DNA of 64,000 nucleotides. Source: Chitinophagaceae bacterium. Lineage in GTDB: Bacteria > Bacteroidota > Bacteroidia > Chitinophagales > Chitinophagaceae. A program made the position numbers and the translations under genes. The DNA lies in contig JBGSPB010000015.1 in the NCBI GenBank assembly GCA_041738795.1, positions 108,227-172,226 of the forward strand, read 5' to 3'. Under the pieces are notes generated by a model. It ran no database searches. It saw nothing but the letters and a program-made list of their open reading frames with translations, and was not told where the DNA came from. Position 1 is the first letter of the stretch. Each line of letters starts with the position of its first letter. This document shows positions 18,701 to 26,900 of this stretch, one piece after another.

Positions 18701-20873
18701 TAACAACCTGCGTAACACCATTACCAAAATCCCAGTACCATTCATTTACAGCTATTGCTGCGGAGGATGTATCTGTAATAGTAAACTGGCTGCCTTCGCA
18801 TAAATTAGCAGGAGTTACCATAAAATCACCCGGTGGTTTATCATAAATCGTAATACGTTTCATGGTATCACTGGCACAACCTTCATTGGAAACAACAGAT
18901 AAGTTAATATCATGAACACCTGGTGGTAATATCCTGATTACGTTTTGTCCTGTAGCTGTAGCAGGGCCCGGAAAAGTCCAGTTATAGTCACGAATAGTAT
19001 AACCGTTACTGGTGGACGTCACACCAGAAAAGTTAACAGGATCCAAGGTACACCCGGTATGACTAAACGTAAAGTCAGCCAGTGGCCTTGGTTTAACAAT
19101 CACCGGTATGGATAAACTATCTCTTCCATAACAGTTTTCTATACTGGGATGATAACCATTAAGAGGAATATCAAAAGTATCAGCTGCAGCAAATAAATAA
19201 GTGCCCGGTAATGTGTATTTATAATAAGGTACCCCATTTACATACACCGTACCAGTTGATACGGGTGCATTATCAATCACATCTGTATTGGGAGTAATAT
19301 TCGTACCAAGCAAACTCAATCTCCAGTCGATCCGTGTTGGCTGGTAAGCCATCAAAACGGAAAGTTTGATAGGCGTACCGGTACAGGTATAAGGGTGTTC
19401 CGGAACACCCGGGTCCGGTGTATTTTGAATAGATGGTAATGCACTAAGATTATTAATTAATGTACCGGCATTATACCCATAGCTTTCTACTGAACCCAAC
19501 CCATAAGTAATAGCTGTAAATGCAGAATCACTGTAGGCAATTGCCTGTGCTTGTGCAGATGTCCATCTTTTTACCACAATGGTATAGCCAGCTGCCTGCG
19601 GATGCGGATAACTATGGTCAAAAACAGCACTGCCATCAATACGAAGAGAGGGTAATCCGTTATTAGGAATAATTAAAGTAAGATAATTCACCTGTATCGC
19701 TTCCCTTGTATTACGGTAAAATCCGATTCTTTTTATCCCTTGTTCCACCGGACTTATATATATCATTTCCGGGTCACCTACTCCACCACCCATACAACCA
19801 CCACCTGTCATATATTGCGCCACCATTACTGGTTTATCTGCATCGATCACATCGGCAGAATTACTCTCAAAAAAGTAAAAACTATTTTGTTGTAAAGTAC
19901 CTGCAGGTAATACCACACCATTTCTTCTTACAACAGTGGTTGGGTCTTTTACCAATATCTTATATGAATTGGTCATGAACTGGTTGGCAGCAGTTGACCT
20001 GGACGTTGGAGCTGTGAGGTATCTTTTTCCCCATGCCTGTGTAGGGAAACATTGCTGGTTGTCATTATCCCCGCCACCACTACCACAACTGATTGGATTA
20101 GACGTACGGCTGCTGCCGGAAAACACAGCTATTGGGTAACAATCTCCTACTGCATTAGCAATTGATTTGAATTTTGTACCCGACACTTCCGATTTGGTTG
20201 ACGCACCTTCCGGACCGCCTATGATTTGATAAATCTGCCCTTTGTTTAATGTAACGGTAAACGGAACACCCGGAAGTTTATTCAGCCTGGTAGTAACCGA
20301 AGGAATTATTTCAACAACCGTATTATCGTGTGTAGCCAGGACATATGCCCAGGAAAAACAATTGGGCTGATAGGTTTGCCTGCTGTTCAAAGAAATGTAT
20401 GCATACCCGTAAGTTTCTACTGGCATCAGCATGGTGGCCCCGGAAGAAGTAGAACCGAATGTGTGAGCATAGGCTACAATCGGCACATTACTTTCAATAT
20501 GAATGGACATATTAAAAATTCCTTCTCCCCCATTTCCGCCAAAAGTTGGAGGAACATCATATAAACGGCAATCTAAAGCACCTGCCTTAGGCATATAGTT
20601 TGAAGGGATAACGGAACCAGCCGGCACCACATAGTTGGTTACCTGTGTTGCTGTTCTTCCCCTGACCGTCACCGTTACATTGGCAGCCTGCTCCGCACTA
20701 AAATACAAAACCATTTCCTGGCTATTATTCTGACCAGGCTCCATGAACTGGTGGTGTCCATAGCCCACCCAGAATTCCCTGCCGCGGTTGGAGAGATTTT
20801 GCTGTGCAAAACCCTCCAACGAGGCGGTGAATAAGAGGCATACAGTGAATAATATAAATGTTGTCCTTTTCAT
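15744..20873 (-). CDS. T9SS type-B-CTD cargo: IgGFc-binding-protein N-terminal-like domain plus multiple PKD domains
   Basis: Signal peptide, GREFWVGYGHH..DPEMIYISPVEQ..ESYGYNAG, repeated W.WNFGD PKD motifs, C-terminal VPNVFSPNGD..VFNRYG..WNGT..GTYYY..GSVTIIR. Confidence 0.88.
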   Translation of the reverse strand: MKRTTFILFTVCLLFTASLEGFAQQNLSNRGREFWVGYGHHQFMEPGQNNSQEMVLYFSAEQAANVTVTVRGRTATQVTNYVVPAGSVIPSNYMPKAGALDCRLYDVPPTFGGNGGEGIFNMSIHIESNVPIVAYAHTFGSTSSGATMLMPVETYGYAYISLNSRQTYQPNCFSWAYVLATHDNTVVEIIPSVTTRLNKLPGVPFTVTLNKGQIYQIIGGPEGASTKSEVSGTKFKSIANAVGDCYPIAVFSGSSRTSNPISCGSGGGDNDNQQCFPTQAWGKRYLTAPTSRSTAANQFMTNSYKILVKDPTTVVRRNGVVLPAGTLQQNSFYFFESNSADVIDADKPVMVAQYMTGGGCMGGGVGDPEMIYISPVEQGIKRIGFYRNTREAIQVNYLTLIIPNNGLPSLRIDGSAVFDHSYPHPQAAGYTIVVKRWTSAQAQAIAYSDSAFTAITYGLGSVESYGYNAGTLINNLSALPSIQNTPDPGVPEHPYTCTGTPIKLSVLMAYQPTRIDWRLSLLGTNITPNTDVIDNAPVSTGTVYVNGVPYYKYTLPGTYLFAAADTFDIPLNGYHPSIENCYGRDSLSIPVIVKPRPLADFTFSHTGCTLDPVNFSGVTSTSNGYTIRDYNWTFPGPATATGQNVIRILPPGVHDINLSVVSNEGCASDTMKRITIYDKPPGDFMVTPANLCEGSQFTITDTSSAAIAVNEWYWDFGNGVTQVVTNGPSITYTYPAYGTYTIKHVARSSASCVSDTVSRVVTVYAKPAVSFTNDAAGCLSPAGLVQFTGTATTPDGQTISTYAWNFGDPNATPGNPNTSVLQNPTHNYQQGTYTINFSATTANGCTENTTQTVTFNLKPALTYPLLNAVCENAPAYSIANATVTNGVTGTGIYEGPGTTSAGLFTPAVAGYGTHTIWYKLTSGAGCIDSVSQTILVHARPRTNFTIPASGCLPANGQVQFTNSSTIPDAQTMTWLWNFGDPIATPGNPNTSTAQNPAHNYLEGTYTINLLATSSNGCVKDTNITTSFAVTPLLSYAALPAVCENAAAVSVATANVTNGVAGTGVYSGPGTDAAGMFNPAIAGFGTHTITYTFTSTGGCVQTTTQNIQVHARPRTSFTLPVAGCLPTTGQVQFTNTSTIPDAQTMTWLWNFNDPNAGGANPNTSTAQNPTHNYLEGTYTINLQATSSNGCVKDTNITASFAVTPALSFPALTNVCQNPGAAPSSIASATATNGVTGTGVYSGPGVNAAGLFDPNVAGPGVHTITYTFTTAGGCTGTVNNTIEVYPRPTASFTASGNNGACLGQAVTFTNTSAVPSGTITTWNWNLGDGNTPSYTNGNPFTFNYTSANTYNVQLVTVSDRGCFSEPVSQAIRISPLPVADFTVPTGICMPGGTAAFTNLTAVADNSALTHVWNFGDGNTSTVTNPSHVYAASGNYNVTLVSTSAFGCVQQVTKPMNSFFDKPQASFSVSPQELCQGADNVFTDGSSAPNSTIQSWAWNFADGGTSSASNPTKRFNTPGVYNVRLTVTNAVGCVSEPFVLPVTVHLQPVIDAGQSYVLPQGTVLQLNATANSSNLVFNWSPGFGLSSNTILNPTLTALQDQVYTLTATGDFGCTATDQMTVKILKLVKVPNVFSPNGDNIHDQWMIPNLGDYPGCTVEVFNRYGQQVYFSAGYGTPWNGTYKGKELPAGTYYYIIQLQNGFKPLSGSVTIIR
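17025..18585 (-). repeat. Three intragenic 516-bp (172-aa) tandem units
   Basis: Anchor TCGTATAGGT occurs at 17339, 17855 and 18371; units 2 and 3 are near-identical in protein (TIPDAQTMTWLWNF..NTSTAQNP.HNYLEGTYTINL). Boundaries approximate. Confidence 0.85.
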
Positions 20874-20900
20874 TTTTTCGAGGTACGTTGATCTTTTATT

Positions 20901-23900
20901 TTATCTCACCAGGTTGATCGATCCTTTGCGCTGTATCCTTTCACCAGTGTTCAGGACAATATCGCATACATAGATATACACTCCAGATGGTTGTGGTTTC
21001 CCTTTATGGGTACCATCCCATGCCACCGACTGGCTGTTTGATTCAAAAATCTTCTCGCCCCACTGGTTGAACACTACAAACTTCATACTGCGGATCACAT
21101 TACTATACACCCGCAGCACATCATTCAGCCCGTCATTATTTGGGGTAAAGCTGTTCGGAATATAGACCTGGTCTGTTACTGTTTGTCCTGTAGCAGGCTG
21201 TGAGACCGCCGGTAAGCAACCACCCACTGCCCTCACCAGGAGTGTAACAGAAGTTCCCAGAGGCAGACCTGTTATTGTATGCGTCAACCCCTGTGGACCA
21301 GATGATGGTGTTGACCATGTACCACCGGCATTAGTAGATACCTGGTAACTGGCAGCACCTGTAACGGCTGTCCACCTGAATACTATTGTATTGGTGCTTA
21401 CAGAATCTACAGTTACAACAGGTGCCGGTAATGTTGGCAATATAGCAGCAGTGGCCCTGTCACGGGTAGCACTGGCGCAACCCAGTCTTATCACTTCGAG
21501 GTATACATTCACAAAACCGGTAACATTATTCAAAACAAAAGTTGATCCTGTTCCCAGTAATGAACCCCCGGTTGCGGCGCTATACCAATTGTAGGTATCA
21601 CCCGTTACAGGGTTTTGTACCGTAAAGGTGGCGCTGGCGTTATTACATACATACACGGTATCCTGCGTGATGGCACCTGTTGGTTTTGGATTCACCACAA
21701 CAGGTTTGGTTGTATCGCCGATACAACCGTCATCAGCAATACCTCTCAGTGATACATTGTATGTTCCTGCTGTTGCATAGGTATGAACCGGGTTCTGACC
21801 GGCACCATTGTTACCATCACCAAATGCCCATGTCCATTGATTGGTCGGTACACCATTGCTCGTTGTTGTTGTAGCATTGAATTGAACTGCATCACCCACA
21901 CAACCGCTAAAATTGGTAGTGAAATTGGAAACTGGTGCTGCAATTACTGTTACCGGTAGTGATATCTCAACTGAACCACCGCAACCTTCGATACTTGGAT
22001 GGAATACAGTGATCGGTACATTATAAGTGCCTACCTGGCTGAAAGTATACTGCTGTGCCAGCGTATAGATATAAAACTTCTTACCGTTCACTGTAACTGA
22101 GTCAGTGGGCACAGGGTTCACTTGTGTTACATTGGCATTTGGCGTTACATTATTCACCTGGCTCAGTTGCCATACCAGTTGTGTTGGTTTTACAGAGATC
22201 TGCAGGCTCAGGCGGAATGGTGTTCCTTTACAGGTATAAGTGTTAGTACCACTTGTATTAAACACATTATTGAACGATGGAACAGCGCTGAGGTTTTTCA
22301 CCAGTGTACCGGCGTTATAACCATAGCTCTCCACGCTACCCAATCCGTATGTAATCGCAGTAAATGCAGAGTCACAGGTAATATAATGCTGAGCTGCTGC
22401 TCCGGCAAAGTTTTGTCTTACACAAGTATAACCTGCCAGGTTTGGATGCGCAAACACATCTGTAAATGTAGTGCTGCCATCTATCTGCAAGCTTGGTAAT
22501 GCAGCAGTCGGTAATATAACATTCACATAATTTGAAGTGATCGAATTATTGTTGGTGTTATAGAACCTTGCTTTTTTGATACCCTGCTCTATCGGGCTGA
22601 TATAGATCATTTCAGGATCGCCATTACCAGTTGGCGCAGGAACACCGGCACAACCGGTTCCACTGGTAGACAGCATATACTGTGCTACCATTACCGGCTG
22701 GTCAGCCTCAATATAGCTGGCTGTGTTAGCACCGGTATTATTTCCTACAAAGAACTCATAATAATTACCCGGTACAATCAAAGTGGCTGGATCCAATGTT
22801 ACTCCATTTCTTTTTACCACTGTAGCCGGATCTTTCACCATCACTCTCCATCCATTGGAATTGTAATTGGTATTGGAAGCAGAATTGGCGGTGGCAAAAG
22901 TCAGGTACTTGGTTCCCCATGCGCTGGCCGGGAATACCTGTTGTATCATATTATCACCATTGGTTGTATTACAGATAGCCGTACGGCTGCTGCCGGAGAA
23001 CACTGCTATCGGGTAACATTTGCCACTGGCATTTGGAATTGATTTGATAGTCGAACCGGAAAGATCCGTTCCCTGTCCACCGCTGGCTTGTGTACCCATT
23101 ACGTTATACACTTCTCCTCTCTTCAGGTATACCTGGAATGGTACACCGGCAGGACGTCCGCCTTTTGTTGTTACAGCAGGAGTAATCTCTACCAAAGTAC
23201 TATCCCTGTCAGCAATCACAAACATCCAGGAGTATGAACCTGCACCGCCGCTTGGATAATACTGGCGGGAGTTCAATGATCTGTACTCATAACCATATAC
23301 ACCGGTTGGCAACAACATACCTGCACCGGAGTTGGCTCCGTCACTGATATGTGCATACGCAACAATAGGCACATCACTTTCAATACTGATACCTTTATTG
23401 AAAAGTCCTTCATCCGTTAATCTTGCATCCACCAGTCCTGAAGTTGGCATAAAGTCACTCACTCTTACTGTATTCGCAGGGATAGCATATGTACGTACCC
23501 AGTTCGTTCCGTTTACTTTCACAGTAACGTTGGCTGAATCTTCTGCACTCAGGTAAAGTGCCATGTCCTGTGAGTTGCTGCTGAATCCATAGTGGTGGCC
23601 ATAACCCACCCAGAAGCGTTTACCCCTGTTAGAAGTATCCAGTGTAAACACAGGAGGTACGGCTGGTGGAGGTGCTACGCCATCTGTCATGCCGGTAAAT
23701 TTATCAAGGAAGCTGAGATTACTTTCTGTGATCACATTACCCAGGTCATCTACCACACTTCCGGATGCAACCAACCAGGTGCCTGCTGTATTAGTGCGGC
23801 CCAATTTTACAGTTGGTTCTGATGGTATATCTCTCATCCATGGATCTATATAGAATTGCCGGTTTGTGAAATTGGTTGGTGCACTTCCGGTGAAATCCAC

Positions 23901-26900
23901 ATCTGTATAATAATACATGGACTGCTGACCAGTAGTTAATCCCGGAGGAATGATACCTGAGTATCTTCTCACATCCACTGTAGTTGGAACAGTAGATGCA
24001 GGCGCCCATGTTATTTTCTGAACTGTATCTGTACCAAACATAAATACCTGTGTGGTACCTGCAGCTGGAACAGCAGGTGTGGCAGGCAATACAGGCGGCT
24101 GTGCAGTTGGCAGGAACTCATAAGCTCCCATATCAGGAACACCTTCCGTCAAAGTTGTAGGTCTTGTATTACCATTAATGTCTGTTGCATTATCAGTTAT
24201 CTGTACACCACGGCCATGCATAGCCCATACATCAGGATTAGTGATATCAGGTTGTAATTCATTACCCGCTGCAAAGGCAGGAGTGTATACAATAGAATTA
24301 TAATCCCAGTTCTGGCCATTCTTCCAATCCTGTAACGTAGCATAGTTTACTGTATTCTGCCTGATCAATGTTGCACCAGCAGTATAGAACATATTGAAGT
24401 CGGTGTAAATATTTGCTACGTTCAAATAATTAGCCGCTATTCCATTGGCAGTATGCGAGAAGATATTGTTTCTGATATCTCCTACTCCGGCAGATGAAGT
24501 AGTATGACTTATATATGCTGCGATATTTGTAGTACCAGCAGCAGGAGATGCATTCTGTACAGAATTATTATAATATTTTATGCCATTGCCACCTGTAGAA
24601 TACAGACCGTAAGCTGTAGTAGCACTGGTGTTGATATTAATAACGTTATTCTTTGTATAGTTACCAATTGAAGAAGTCTGGTATAAACCATACAATGTTC
24701 CTGTTATCCCTGTAAGTCCTGTTATTTTATTACCAGACACACTTCCGGTATGACCGGCGGCACCACATCCCGTAAGATAAATACCATATGTAGTTGAAGT
24801 GGTCCCGTTGATATCAACCTTATTATTATTTACCTGGTAAGCTGAGTCGGCATTGGTCAGGTAAATACCATAAGTAGTGGTATTTCTTGGAGCAGCAACT
24901 GTAACGGTATTCTTGCTCACAGATGTAAACCGTGTATTTGAATTATAAATACCATAATAATATGAACCAGTCACCGTATTACTATCTATAAAGTTGTAAG
25001 CACTTGGCGAAGTAGTGGTAGAACCGAAATAGATACCTGTCACACCACCATTCACTGTATTGCCTTTGATGGTATGATCACCTCCGGCAAGATTAGCCGC
25101 ATGAATACCCACCACTGTTGTACCAGTACCGGTAGCGGTTGGTACATTAATGATATTATTTACCAAACTGTCATTGGATGCTAAATTGGCAATATCCACT
25201 GCCCTTCCGTTGGTGGCATTGATTGCAGTGATCGTCATATTCCGGTAAGTGATATAGCTGGCACTATCTAACTGTAATACATAGTTAGCTGCTGCATTGG
25301 TCGCATCAAAAGTCAGGATAACAGAAGCAGGATTACCATTAGCACTCTGGAAAGTAACACGGCTTGTATTAGAAGCGCCGGTGATCCGGTGCATTCTCAC
25401 CTGCTCGGTATAAGTACCCGCTGCTACATTGAAAGTAACAGGCCCTGAGATTCCGCAATCCATTACGGCTACAGCCTCAACAAATGAATTGAAGTTGCTG
25501 CCTCCAGGGTAATCGGTTGGTATGGTATTATTGATTGTATATACACCAGCCGGGAAAGGAGGATTCATATTTACCTGCACCGGAGTTGAGTTAGCTGATT
25601 GTGCACTACAGGTAACCACGCAACGATACCAGAAACTGCCGCTGGCAAGAATTGTTGTATCCGGGAACAGCTTTGGATTACCCAGGTTAGTATACGGCCC
25701 TGCAGCAGCTGTGGCAAATTGCCATTGGTAACTTTGACCAGAGCCAATTGAGTTGCCACTTAAGTCAAGGTCAATCGGGGTACCCAAACAAATACCGGTA
25801 TTCGGCACAGCTGTTGCTGAACCGGCTGTCGGAGGTGCTGTACAAACTGGTACTGCAAATTCCCATGCACCAATATCCGGTGTGGTAGCATTACGCACTG
25901 CATCACGGATATCTGAAGTAATTCCGGTTACTGGGGTCCCTTCATTATCCAATGCAGGTGTTCTTGGTTCCAGGTTTCCGGCAGCGGCATCCGTATAATA
26001 TGGATTAGCCGATACTGAATTACCATCTTGTGTGGTAGCAGCCTGCCAGTTAGCCAATGTTGTCTGGTTAGAGCCATTAAAGCCAACATGTGAATTAACT
26101 GCATTCCTGAATACTCCGTTATAATCAGATGTAAATGTAGTAGCTGCCGTGGCAAAATACATACAGTATTTATCACCATTACCGCCTCTTGTCATACTAA
26201 AGAGGTTATTCTTCAGATCAATACCGGCAGCGGCTGTCGTTTGATAGAAACAATAAGCGTCGCTGGTGGTAGTGGCGGTAGCATCATCCAGGTTCACTGT
26301 ATTATAATAATAGAATACATTATCTGAACTGGTGTTGTAGATACCATACTGGGTACCATTACCATTCATATTGTAGATCGCATTATTGCTGACAATATTC
26401 TCCAGGCCCGCAATCGCATCTACGCCGGTGAAATAAATTCCATAAGAAGTACTCGTCGCAGTGGGTGCGCCATCAAACAGGTTGTGTATCCTGTTCTTGT
26501 ATAATTTAACCCCGGTATTCAGTGATGTGACATAGATACCATAAGTAGTAGTGGAAGTTGTCCTGGCAGGCCGGAATATATTGTTCTTCTCAACCAGTGT
26601 ATTAAAATTGCCTGATAAATAAATACCATAGGCATAAAAATCTTTAATGGTATTTCTCACCATCGCATTATTACCAACAGCTGAAGTGGTACTTCCCACT
26701 GAAGTGATACCATAATAGCCACCGGTGATCTCGTTATTTTCAAACAAGTTGTAATCCGACAGATTAGTACCGGTTGTTGTGGCAGTTGTACCCACACTGG
26801 AAACTATACCAGCAAAATTAGTAGACGTGGTAGTGGTGCTCATACTGATATCGCAATTGCGGATAATGTTGGAATCAGCACTATTCAGCAAATGGAATCC

